In this document: positions 18,948-28,029 of the stretch, piece by piece | Layout of the letters: each line of letters begins with the position of its first letter | Numbering within the stretch: the first letter of the stretch is position 1 | Assembly (NCBI GenBank): GCA_963797095.1 | Contig: CAWCNY010000006.1 | Location: 608,001-672,000 of the forward strand | Direction: 5' to 3' | Origin: an uncultured Chloroflexia bacterium | GTDB lineage: Bacteria > Chloroflexota > Chloroflexia > QHBQ01 > JADMIH01 | DNA: 64,000 bases | Made by a program: the position numbers and the translations under genes | The notes under the pieces: generated by a model | Databases searched by the model: none | What the model saw: only the letters and a program-made list of their open reading frames with translations | Told to the model about the DNA's origin: nothing

Positions 18948-18999
18948 AGTCCCGAAGGGACGTAAGCCCAGGGCTACGCTCTTACGTCCCTTCGGGACT
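18948..18999. repeat. REP-like inverted repeat with 19-bp arms
   Basis: AGTCCCGAAGGGACGTAAG...CTTACGTCCCTTCGGGACT. Confidence 0.75.
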
Positions 19000-19134
19000 A
19001 TGCTCGGAATGATGTACAAACAGGGCACCCGTTAGCAATGCCTGCGCTTGTGCCACGTTCGTGGGTTTATGCGACAACATTGGAGGCGCCCCTCGTCCTG
19101 AGGGGCCCGCTGACGACCTTCTGCAAAAACACAC

Positions 19135-19566
19135 TTACTCTGCAACGCGCAAAGCACATTCAGAAATGGAGGTGATAACATCCTGGGGCGTAGGCGGGTC
19201 GCCGGGCACACGAAAAGTGATCTCCGCATAATGGTTCAAGGGATAAGACGATAGCCCTGGCATCTCCAACTTGGCCCACTGTCCGCCGTTTATGGCAGCA
19301 TCACCGACGGCAATAATGGCGGACGGCTGTGGCAGCGAAGCCAGCTCCCGCAAGGTAGGATCGAGATTGCGTGCAAGCAGCAGTCCGGTCAGCAGGAGAA
19401 TATCAGCCTCCGCCGCCGACTGCACAAATCGCACGCCCATCTCACGCAGCCGCACCTCGAATCGAGGCGCAAGCAGCGAAGCGCACACCTCAGCATCCGC
19501 ATCCGGCCCGCCCATATGCAGATGGTACACAGCCACAGACTTCCGACGTGCCAAACCAGCAAACAT
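19135..19566 (-). CDS. NuoB/HycG-like small subunit lacking the Fe-S cysteines
   Basis: ADILLLTG, IIAVGDAAINGG and VPGDPPTP align to the family motifs, with the Cys positions substituted. Confidence 0.8.
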   Translation of the reverse strand: MFAGLARRKSVAVYHLHMGGPDADAEVCASLLAPRFEVRLREMGVRFVQSAAEADILLLTGLLLARNLDPTLRELASLPQPSAIIAVGDAAINGGQWAKLEMPGLSSYPLNHYAEITFRVPGDPPTPQDVITSISECALRVAE

Positions 19567-19577
19567 CTACGTCTCCT

Positions 19578-19610
19578 ACTCGTCACTCGTCACTCGTCAC
19601 TCGTCACTCA
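19578..19610. repeat. Heptamer tandem repeat (ACTCGTC)x4
   Basis: Read directly from the spacer. Confidence 0.9.
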
Positions 19611-21086
19611 CGGCCCCGTCAGCCACGGCACCGCCGCCCACTGCAAGATTGGTTCCAGCCGAGATGCCGATACCAGGAACAGCGCGACCTGGGCCACTGC
19701 TAGCGCAAGCGTTAGCAGAAGCACCGGATCGGTAAGCCGTTCCGCCCAGTCGCTCTCTTCGACCATTGCATCATGCGACCATAGTCGGTCGCGGTTTGCC
19801 AGCCAGGAGGCCCCCACGAGTCCTGACCCCGCCAGCAGCATACCCAGCCACAGCCCTCCCGAATTGGCAGCGCTCTGGGCTATCAGCACCATACCCGCAA
19901 AGCCGCCAAACGGTGGAAGCCCCACCAGAGAAGCCACACCTATGATCACAGCCCATCTACCCCCTGCTACTAATAGGGGCACCGCCAGTGCGACGTTGCT
20001 CGCGACCAGGATAGCCCCCACCGCCCCGGTCTGCGAGCCGGAAAGGACCCCATACACCGCCCAGGACACCGCAACGGCTACAGTCATCGCCTTCAGGTTA
20101 GCGATCCTCGCATCCACCTCATCAGAAGCCCGCTTTGGCCGCTGGATAGTTCCCAGGGCGCGTAACCCCGCGAGTAGCGCGCCCATCGCGCCGAGCCACC
20201 CCGCAGCCGCGCCGCGTGCCAGGCTCCCCTCCACCGGGGCCAACAACAGCAGACCTGCTACCAGGGCCACCGGCGCGCACGCTCCAAGCGCGACGAGTGC
20301 TGCTGCGGGCGCAGACTTTATCAGGTCACCCCACGAGGCGGTGAAAGGCATACTACCTGCCCACACCAGCAACCCCACGGCGAGCAGACCTATACCGAAT
20401 TGCAGCAGCCCGCGATTCTCCAGGCTGAAACCGTAGCGCTCAATGAGAGCGGCACTAACAACCCAGATCGAAGCGGCGATAATAGCCAGAGCCAGGTGCT
20501 TGAAAGCCGCGGCGTACCCCCTGGCTTCCTGCCTGTTTTCAATACTATCTTCTCGGTCTTCTGCGGAATTCCCATCTTGCCTTGTTGCGCCTGTGGAACG
20601 CTCAGGCAGCGCCAACGCGGCTACTATTAGCGCCGGTCCAAAGAGAAGCAGTGGTGTGATAAAGGGATCGGCGGCCAACACGGCGCAGGTAAGGAGCGTT
20701 GCCGTACCGCCTAGGCCAACCGGTACCCAGGCCGCGCCTCTTTGCGATTCTACTTCCTCCGAGCTGGAAGGTATGATCCAGTAAAAGAGTGCAGCGCACA
20801 GCAGCGAAACATCGGCGGCAGTCAATATGTAGCGCGTTGGCGCTGACGTGGTAACAGCGATGCCGAAAAGATTGGCACCAACAGCCTCCGGTGTGAGGGC
20901 CAGGAATGTCGCTTCCAGGAGGAGTCCCGCGCACACAGCCAGCAAGCCACCGAGCCGCAGCCACGGACCGTAGTCGTCGGCAATCCTTTGCAGGCGCCGG
21001 GCCTCCATCAGCAGAGTACCAAGCGCACCCGCGATGAGGGGCACGATTATCGTCCAGAGGAGGGCCGGGCTATTCATCTTCGACAT
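19608..21086 (-). CDS. Divergent Mrp/NuoL-M-N (HyfF-like) antiporter-type membrane subunit
   Basis: AAFKHL, AGSMPFTASWGDL..SAP, SLVGLPPFGGFAG. Confidence 0.7.
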   Translation of the reverse strand: MSKMNSPALLWTIIVPLIAGALGTLLMEARRLQRIADDYGPWLRLGGLLAVCAGLLLEATFLALTPEAVGANLFGIAVTTSAPTRYILTAADVSLLCAALFYWIIPSSSEEVESQRGAAWVPVGLGGTATLLTCAVLAADPFITPLLLFGPALIVAALALPERSTGATRQDGNSAEDREDSIENRQEARGYAAAFKHLALAIIAASIWVVSAALIERYGFSLENRGLLQFGIGLLAVGLLVWAGSMPFTASWGDLIKSAPAAALVALGACAPVALVAGLLLLAPVEGSLARGAAAGWLGAMGALLAGLRALGTIQRPKRASDEVDARIANLKAMTVAVAVSWAVYGVLSGSQTGAVGAILVASNVALAVPLLVAGGRWAVIIGVASLVGLPPFGGFAGMVLIAQSAANSGGLWLGMLLAGSGLVGASWLANRDRLWSHDAMVEESDWAERLTDPVLLLTLALAVAQVALFLVSASRLEPILQWAAVPWLTGP

Positions 21087-21882
21087 CCTCCGGTGCCGGC
21101 TCAGCCTCGAAGTCTGTCAGGTCAGCCTCCTCTGCAGCGGGTTGATCGACAGGTGCTACCACGACCAGTTCTGTTGAACGTGGAATTATCCCGTCGCGGG
21201 CATCGAAGATTGCGTTCAGGTTGAGCGTATCATATCGCTCGCCAACGGTGAGCCAGAGGTAGCTGGCAAGCGTACCGGCCCCAATCCTGGCGAGCGCGCC
21301 CAGTGCCAGCACCACACCGGGCGGCGTGCTGTTGCCCATCACGTACAAGAGGAGAAACGCCCCATTGAAAAGCGATAGGATACCAAGCCCCAATTTGACC
21401 GCCGATCTCCCCCCGTCAACAGTCAATACCAGCACAGCTGTGAGCACCACCCAGAAGAAAGCCAGCAAATCGCCTTCGTTGATGCCAAAGGGGTTAATCC
21501 GGGCGAGGCCATAACCCGCCACGCCTGCCAGTAATGCCAATCCCCACAGGAGAATCCAATCCTGTGGTTGGAATGTCCTCGAACGTCGTGTGCGCCTGCG
21601 TACAGCCGGGCGCGTGATACTGGCGGGTGGGTATGTTTGGTCGTCGGGCGATGCCGTCCGAAAGATAGTGAGCGCTATAACTACACAGGTCGAGAGGGCG
21701 GCTACAAACTCGACCAATGCAACCAGGCTGCCCGCGCCAGCCGATGGTGATATCCACACGAGCCAGCCTATCCCTGCCCACTGGAGAAAGAAAGCGCCCA
21801 AAGCGAGCCTCGTGTCCTTCTGGGTAAGTAGGAGGAACCCGCCGGTAGCGATAATAATGGTAGGTAGTAGATTTGGCATCAT
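21070..21882 (-). CDS. Membrane subunit, HyfE-like
   Basis: About 6-7 TMs, LALGAFFLQ; lies between two antiporter-like genes with overlapping stop/start. Confidence 0.5.
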   Translation of the reverse strand: MMPNLLPTIIIATGGFLLLTQKDTRLALGAFFLQWAGIGWLVWISPSAGAGSLVALVEFVAALSTCVVIALTIFRTASPDDQTYPPASITRPAVRRRTRRSRTFQPQDWILLWGLALLAGVAGYGLARINPFGINEGDLLAFFWVVLTAVLVLTVDGGRSAVKLGLGILSLFNGAFLLLYVMGNSTPPGVVLALGALARIGAGTLASYLWLTVGERYDTLNLNAIFDARDGIIPRSTELVVVAPVDQPAAEEADLTDFEAEPAPEDVEDE

Positions 21883-23711
21883 CGTGTGATCGCCAGCAGC
21901 GTCAATAGCGCCAGCAGTACATCCAGGGGCAGAAAATATCGTCCTTCCAGGCGTTCCATAAGCCTGCCCAACGCTGCTCCCAGCCTGCCAAGGAGCGCCC
22001 CTGCGTCATAAATACCGCGCTCAAGCCAGGCTAGCGAAAGCCACCATACGAAGGCAGGCGGCGCGGGGCGCAAGGCTTGTGGGGTTTCCGAGGGCGCTTC
22101 TCTGGTCCTGGGTCGTCCTTCTTGCCCCGCCTTCAATAAACCCGCTGAACGATCCTGAAGCCTGTCAAGCGCCGTAGGGAGCAACGCACCTGCCTCTACG
22201 CGTGACGTGGCCGATGCTCGAATGAGCCAGCCCAGCAACGCAAGCAGAATCAACCCCGCACCCAGCATGGTGAGCGGCAGCATCACATCCCCTTCGACAA
22301 TGCCAGGCCAGGGCAGCCCCAGCGACTGACCTATGCCTGCGACATCTGCCATCCTCTCCACGTATGGCAGCCACAAACCCGGTAGGATGCCGCCCATGAC
22401 GACAATGCCTGCGAGCACGTAGCCTATCAGGTCCAGCACCACACGGTAACGTTGGTCCGCTGAAGCGTCAGACGTTGTCCGCTCTTGCGCCGTCGATTGG
22501 GCGAGATGCAAGGCTGTACCGCAGGCTGACAGGACGGCCGCCCCCAGCAGGATAATCGTGAGGGAGGGAGTGCGCGATTCCAGTAAGCTTGTGGACAGCA
22601 GCCACAAGCCAACGAAACCGGCGGTGATGGGCACACCCGCCAGTGATAAGCCCGCTACCGTGCGGGTCATCCAGGCATAGCCGGGCGCTCGGTCAGCCAT
22701 TTCCAGGGCGAGCATCCCAAGCCCGAAGGTGGCGAACAGGGCCAGCGCAGCCCATCGCCCGGCGGGACTATCCATTCCAAGCGCCCACACGACCAATCCC
22801 AGCCAGTACGCAGTTATGGCGGCCTGCCACCGCGAGGTGCCTGCCCACATGTAGACGCCTGCGCCGCCCACTACGGCAGTAATGCCTCCGAGCACCGCCA
22901 GGGTCGCCATCGTGCTTGCCCACTCGCCGGGCGTCGAGCCTGTGAGCGCCCCTTCGGTGATCAGCGCCTGCAACCGGAGTATAAGCAGCAACACGGGCGC
23001 GCCCAGGGCCAACCCCTGTACTGCCTGCATAGCCCCCTCTCCTGTGAGCGCGCTCCAGCCTGTGAATGGCACCAGCCCCACCCACAACACCACCCACCCC
23101 ACGACCAGCGCAAGGGGCCAGAGGGTAAGCGCGGATAGCGACAGTGTATCCAGGCTGTATTCGCCGCCGGTGGTCCGTCCTACCAGCAGAACAGCGCCCA
23201 ACAGGAGGACCGCGCCGGTTGCAATCGCCACCCTTTGCCGGGCGAACCAATCGGCTTTGACTTCGTCTGAAAGCGCCCACACAAGGAGCACAACCAGCAG
23301 AATCTGAGCGGCGAACGCACGCAAATCCAGCGTAAAAGCGAGGCTATAGAGCGCAGCGATCAGCCCCACGCTGGCGGCAATCTTGAGGGGTGGGTTCTGT
23401 TCGTCCGCTCCTGATCCCACCTTAAGTACGGCGAGCAGGCCAATTGCCAGCACCCACCCACCAAGCCCATTCGAGAGGGCATCGCTTCTGAAGACAGATG
23501 CCCCAAGCCAGGCCGCGATATTATCGCCGGCTACCGGTTTGCCCGCCCCATATGCGAATCCTTCAAGTATGAGGCTCGTTGTGAACGCGGCCGCTATTGC
23601 CAGGATGGCAACGATACGTGCGATCCAGTCGCGGCGCGTCCCGGCAGGCAACAGGCCGAGGGCAGCGCACACCAATGCCCCTATTATCAATGTCAGTAAA
23701 GCGTATACCAT
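21879..23711 (-). CDS. Divergent Mrp/NuoL-M-N (HyfB-like) antiporter-type membrane subunit
   Basis: FRSDALS, VGLVPFTGW, LSLAGVPITAGFVGLW. Confidence 0.7.
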   Translation of the reverse strand: MVYALLTLIIGALVCAALGLLPAGTRRDWIARIVAILAIAAAFTTSLILEGFAYGAGKPVAGDNIAAWLGASVFRSDALSNGLGGWVLAIGLLAVLKVGSGADEQNPPLKIAASVGLIAALYSLAFTLDLRAFAAQILLVVLLVWALSDEVKADWFARQRVAIATGAVLLLGAVLLVGRTTGGEYSLDTLSLSALTLWPLALVVGWVVLWVGLVPFTGWSALTGEGAMQAVQGLALGAPVLLLILRLQALITEGALTGSTPGEWASTMATLAVLGGITAVVGGAGVYMWAGTSRWQAAITAYWLGLVVWALGMDSPAGRWAALALFATFGLGMLALEMADRAPGYAWMTRTVAGLSLAGVPITAGFVGLWLLSTSLLESRTPSLTIILLGAAVLSACGTALHLAQSTAQERTTSDASADQRYRVVLDLIGYVLAGIVVMGGILPGLWLPYVERMADVAGIGQSLGLPWPGIVEGDVMLPLTMLGAGLILLALLGWLIRASATSRVEAGALLPTALDRLQDRSAGLLKAGQEGRPRTREAPSETPQALRPAPPAFVWWLSLAWLERGIYDAGALLGRLGAALGRLMERLEGRYFLPLDVLLALLTLLAITR

Positions 23712-23734
23712 CTACATTTCAGGCTTATCTGCCA

Positions 23735-24862
23735 TCATCGCTCGGTGCAAGGCAGACAAAGGTCAAGAGATAACAGCAAGAGCCTCAAGTCCTCCAAATG
23801 CGCGCCGCGTAGCAGGCCCGGCAAGATTGCCAGCGATGGATATGATCCGGCGCTCAGGTGGATGCCGCGCAACCCCTCCGGCGCGCCGTCCACCCAGCAA
23901 AATACCTCGCCGCGCGGCCCCTCCACTCTGCTTATCCCCTGCCCGGCGCGCAATTCAGCCGCTCCCCTTGTCCTTACAGGCCCGCCGGGCAGGTCGTCCA
24001 GCGCTTGCTCGACCACCCGGAAACTCTCCAGGCATTCCAGCAGGCGCACCGCCAGTCGCGAGAAGGCATCGCCGTTGCGCTGTACAATCATGGTCACTGC
24101 CTCGTCCTCATACGCGCCAGTGGGGAAAGCCGCCCGAAGGTCCAGCGCCACTCCGCTGGCACGCGCCACCGGTCCGCGCAGCCCGGCAGCTACAGCCTCC
24201 CTACCTCTAATCACCCCCAGGCCCACCAGCCGGTCGGCGATACCCTTGTTATTGATAATAGACACTATATGCGCGCGTAGGGGTCGTTCTACATGGCGCA
24301 TCGCCAGCGCCAGCGACCTGCTCGCGGTTTCGTCGCTATTGTGACTGAGGCCGCCGAAAGTTATTAGCCCAGGTTGCTGGCGCGCTCCCGCCCACTCGCT
24401 CAATGCGTGCACCACGCGCTCCCGCAGGTCGCGCAACGCTGCTTCGCGCTCAGGCAAGTTCAGTGCTTCCATTGTGTCGGCGGCGTTTCCCAGGTGCGCG
24501 ATGATCCGCTCGATCTCGGCCAGCACTAGCCGTAGGTAGGCGGCGCGTGGCGGCACCAGCAGGTGCGACATGCTTTCCACAGCCTGCACAAAACACAGCA
24601 AGTTGGCCTGCGAGCAAGGAGCGCACAGGCTCTCAACCACCGACAGGGCGCGTATCCAATCCAGCCCCCCATCGGCGACCCGCTCCTCAAGGCCAATGTG
24701 GTTGTACCCGTATTCCGCTTCGGCGACCTCTATCGTGGCCGAAGTCGTCAGCATATCGCTTGCGGCTTTGACTTCGAGCCTGATCTGCATGGGCCAGGGA
24801 AGCCAGGGGCTGTAGGGGCCGATCAATTGTGGTTTGTGTATTGCAGGTTGCGAATCGATCAT
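23735..24862 (-). CDS. Group-4 [NiFe]-hydrogenase large subunit / NuoD-like protein
   Basis: IGPYSP, GYNHIGLE, ESLCAPC, VPPRAAYLR..LAEIERI, GPVARASG, EGPRGE, C-terminal DLCLPCTER. Confidence 0.85.
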   Translation of the reverse strand: MIDSQPAIHKPQLIGPYSPWLPWPMQIRLEVKAASDMLTTSATIEVAEAEYGYNHIGLEERVADGGLDWIRALSVVESLCAPCSQANLLCFVQAVESMSHLLVPPRAAYLRLVLAEIERIIAHLGNAADTMEALNLPEREAALRDLRERVVHALSEWAGARQQPGLITFGGLSHNSDETASRSLALAMRHVERPLRAHIVSIINNKGIADRLVGLGVIRGREAVAAGLRGPVARASGVALDLRAAFPTGAYEDEAVTMIVQRNGDAFSRLAVRLLECLESFRVVEQALDDLPGGPVRTRGAAELRAGQGISRVEGPRGEVFCWVDGAPEGLRGIHLSAGSYPSLAILPGLLRGAHLEDLRLLLLSLDLCLPCTER

Positions 24863-24898
24863 GCGTGAAAAGTAAGATGTGTTCCGTACTCAGGCCGC

Positions 24899-25453
24899 TT
24901 ACCGGAAAATCACCGACAGGCGCACTTGAAGCTCGCCTTCGGAAAGCCGGGCCGACGGGTAGATGCTTCCTATGGAATCCAGGATGCCGGTTGACGTGGT
25001 GATAATTATCGTATACACAATGGATTCGGTGGCGTAGAAGTAACGAACTACAGCCTCGCCCATCGAACGCGGTGGCGCATCCGGTGGCACACTGTCAGTC
25101 TTGCGTTTGCGCCTGCGGCGGCCAAGTGGTGGCATCTCCTCGACTGCGCTGCCCCGGCTTTCCGGAGTCGTGGCAAATGCTTGAGCGAGGCGCGCACGCT
25201 CGCCCGTCATGCTGATGAAGATCGCACCGGCACGCCGGAAAGCGCCGGCGATCTCGGCAGCATGCGCGTCGCGGAAATAGAGCCTGACCTCGCGGTCGTC
25301 CTCTTCGCGCACCACCGCGAAGGCCGCAAGCTCTCTACCCAGCGTCTCTTCAGCACCCTCAGGTTCGTCGTACCAGCCGTTTTCGCCCGGCTCATCCCAG
25401 CTTGGTAGATCATCACCGGGTATGTGGGACGCGCCGTTATTGTGTCCATCCAT
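24899..25453 (-). CDS. NuoC (30 kDa)-like subunit, divergent
   Basis: C-terminal SIGSIYPSARLSEGEL...F resembles NuoC Si..iyP.A...ERE; first gene of the operon. Confidence 0.55.
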   Translation of the reverse strand: MDGHNNGASHIPGDDLPSWDEPGENGWYDEPEGAEETLGRELAAFAVVREEDDREVRLYFRDAHAAEIAGAFRRAGAIFISMTGERARLAQAFATTPESRGSAVEEMPPLGRRRRKRKTDSVPPDAPPRSMGEAVVRYFYATESIVYTIIITTSTGILDSIGSIYPSARLSEGELQVRLSVIFR

Positions 25454-25639
25454 AGAATTATTACTCGGTAGATCGCCTTATTCATATAATTTTAGCTTTT
25501 GGGCGACAGGGGTTACTATAACAGCCGTTCGCGGGGAGCGTCAAGCGTGGTGGATACTGCGTATTGCGTATTCTCGGCCACTTCTATCGCTGTCGATCAT
25601 CAATCGCCGGGAGGTCATTGGTGCTATAATTAGTGAGCT

Positions 25640-26857
25640 ATGCACGTAGCGTTCAACGGATATTTCTGGGATCAACCTCGCACAGGGTCGGGCCAATATT
25701 CGAGGCATTTGTGGTCTGCTCTCGATGCGATAGCCCCTCCATCCGACTGTTTCACTCTATTACTGCCCCCAGGCATGCCCCCACTTGAGGTACCCGTAAG
25801 TGAGCGTGCTGTAGTTGCGGAAAGCGCGCCTATCCCTCTAGTTGGTGGCAGGCTGGGCAAACTGGACAAGATTACGTGGGAGAGTGCGGGAGTGGCCCGT
25901 GCCACGCACCGCACCCGCGCTGATATCCTCCACGCCCCATACCTGTCCGCTCCCCTGCCCGCGCTAAGGCTGCCCAGGATAGTTGTTACAGCGCACGATA
26001 TGATCCCGTGGGTCGTCCCCGGCTACGCAGGGCCTCTCTCCGTCCGCCTCTATCTGCGGCTTGCCACTGCCTGCGTGCGGAGGGCCGACCTGATCCTGGC
26101 CGATTCCAATGCCTCTCGCCGCGACGTAATAAAAGTGCTGAAAGTTCTCCCCGGCAAAGTGCACACCGTTCACCTGGGCATGGAGAGCCACCCAGACTAT
26201 ACTCCACAGCAAATAGCCGAAGTGAAAGCAAAGCATGGTCTGCCTGAGGACTATGTGTTCTATCTGGGCGGGTTCGACAGGCGGAAGAATGTGCCGTTGC
26301 TCTTACGTGCATGGCACTCCGCCCTCTCCCGAATGGATGGGCCAACTCCTGTGCTGGCGATAGGCGGGAGCGTGCCCAAACCAGGCGGCGTCTTCCCCGA
26401 TGTAAGAGGCGAGGCGCGGCAACTGGGATTCGGCCAGGAAGGCGGACCTGTACACTTCCTGGGCCGTGTGAGCGAGCAAGATAAGCCATTGCTTATGGCC
26501 GGGGCGCGTCTGTTTGCCTACCCTTCGGCCTACGAAGGTTTTGGTCTCGACCCACTTGAAGCCATGTCCGTGGGGTGTCCTGTAGTCTCTTCCTCAGGCG
26601 GTTCGCTGGAGGAAGTGGTCGGTACCGCCGGCCTCGTGGTCCCGCCCAACGACGAGGCGGCGCTGGCGAACGCTATTGTGTGCGCCTGGAACAACCCTGA
26701 CCTTCGTGCTGACCTATCCGGGAAAGGCCGCCTGCGGGCCATGAACTTCACGTGGCACAGAACCGCCGAGCAAACGCTTGCGCTGTATAGAAAGCTTCAA
26801 CTTCACACAAACCAGGAACTCGGAACTCGGAACTCGGAACTCGGAACTCGGCATTAG
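25640..26857 (+). CDS. Glycosyltransferase family 4
   Basis: TAHDMIP, RKN, PSAYEGFGLDPLEAM; extended -10 TGcTATAAT at 25622-25630. Confidence 0.9.
   Translation: MHVAFNGYFWDQPRTGSGQYSRHLWSALDAIAPPSDCFTLLLPPGMPPLEVPVSERAVVAESAPIPLVGGRLGKLDKITWESAGVARATHRTRADILHAPYLSAPLPALRLPRIVVTAHDMIPWVVPGYAGPLSVRLYLRLATACVRRADLILADSNASRRDVIKVLKVLPGKVHTVHLGMESHPDYTPQQIAEVKAKHGLPEDYVFYLGGFDRRKNVPLLLRAWHSALSRMDGPTPVLAIGGSVPKPGGVFPDVRGEARQLGFGQEGGPVHFLGRVSEQDKPLLMAGARLFAYPSAYEGFGLDPLEAMSVGCPVVSSSGGSLEEVVGTAGLVVPPNDEAALANAIVCAWNNPDLRADLSGKGRLRAMNFTWHRTAEQTLALYRKLQLHTNQELGTRNSELGTRH
26815..26851 (+). repeat. Heptamer tandem repeat (GGAACTC)x5 inside the ORF 3' end
   Basis: Read directly; encodes ELGTRNSELGTR. 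Confidence 0.9.
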
Positions 26858-26877
26858 GAATCAACGGAGAAGAACGA

Positions 26878-28029
26878 GTGCGCGTAATGTGGATATGGCA
26901 CGCGGCGGTGGTAGCCGAATACAGGAAGCCTCTGTATCAACTGGCTAAACACCGCAATCTGGACCTGACGCTACTGATCCCAAAGAGATGGCCTGAGCGT
27001 GCGGGTCAGATGGTCCGTGCCGAGTCTGATTGCCTGGAGGGCGACGCGCCCAACTACCGTGTTATCAAGGCGCGCACACTGTTCACCGGTCTCTATTACA
27101 TGTATCTGTTCCCAAGTCTGCTGTACCAACTGCTCAAATATCGCCCGCAAATTATCTACTGCTATGAAGAGGCCCACACTCTCATGTCGGCGCTTGTGCT
27201 GTTAATACGGCGCATCTTCATGCCTGAGAGCAAGGTCTTGCTCTACGCGGCGCAGAATATCAAGAAGCGCTACCCGGTGCCGTTCAGGTGGTTCGAGCGC
27301 TATTGCTTCCGAAGGGCTGATGCCATCCTCGCGTGCGGCACCCAGGTAGTGCGCACGCTCCGTTCAAAGGGCTATCGGGGCGCTCTTCACGTAGTGGCCC
27401 TCCCAACCGATATGGATACGTTCGCCCCTGATCCCGTCAGGAGACAAGTTGGCCGTACTGCTCTTGGCCTCGCCGACAATGACCTGGCAATTGGCTACGC
27501 CGGTAAATTCGTAGAAGAAAAGGGCTTGCGGACGCTGTTGGATGCTTTCGAGATTGTGGCAGTGAAGCACCCGGATGCTCATCTGGTGCTTGCGGGTGGT
27601 GGCCCGTTGCGCCGTGAGTTGGAGGAGGCATCTCAACGCGCCGGGTTGGCGGGCCGGGTGCATATACCCGGCTTGCTGCATAATTCGGATCTGCCTCAAT
27701 TTATGAACGCCCTCGATCTCTTCGTGCTACCATCCGAGACACGTAGCAATTGGCGCGAACAATTCGGGCGGGTGGCGGTAGAAGCTATGGCGTGCGGCAC
27801 GCCTGTCGTGGGGTCCGATTCGGGGGAAATACCCGCTGTACTTGGCGACTCAGGCCTCACTTTTCATGAAGGCGATAAGGATGCCCTGGCTAACTGTCTC
27901 CACGAAGTCTTATCCAATCCTGATCTTCGCGCTCGTCTATCCAGGAAAGGGCGCGACCGAGCCGTCCGGCATTTCTCGCTTGAGCAGATCGCTCGCAAGC
28001 ACCTCGCCATCTATGAGGAGTTGGGGTGA
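26878..28029 (+). CDS. Glycosyltransferase family 4
   Basis: EEKG, PSETRSNWREQFGRVAVEAMACG. Confidence 0.9.
   Translation: MRVMWIWHAAVVAEYRKPLYQLAKHRNLDLTLLIPKRWPERAGQMVRAESDCLEGDAPNYRVIKARTLFTGLYYMYLFPSLLYQLLKYRPQIIYCYEEAHTLMSALVLLIRRIFMPESKVLLYAAQNIKKRYPVPFRWFERYCFRRADAILACGTQVVRTLRSKGYRGALHVVALPTDMDTFAPDPVRRQVGRTALGLADNDLAIGYAGKFVEEKGLRTLLDAFEIVAVKHPDAHLVLAGGGPLRRELEEASQRAGLAGRVHIPGLLHNSDLPQFMNALDLFVLPSETRSNWREQFGRVAVEAMACGTPVVGSDSGEIPAVLGDSGLTFHEGDKDALANCLHEVLSNPDLRARLSRKGRDRAVRHFSLEQIARKHLAIYEELG

Noticed and set aside
19135-25453. Calling the cluster a canonical nuo or formate hydrogenlyase operon
   Set aside because: Key subunits and cofactor residues are missing, so gene symbols were withheld
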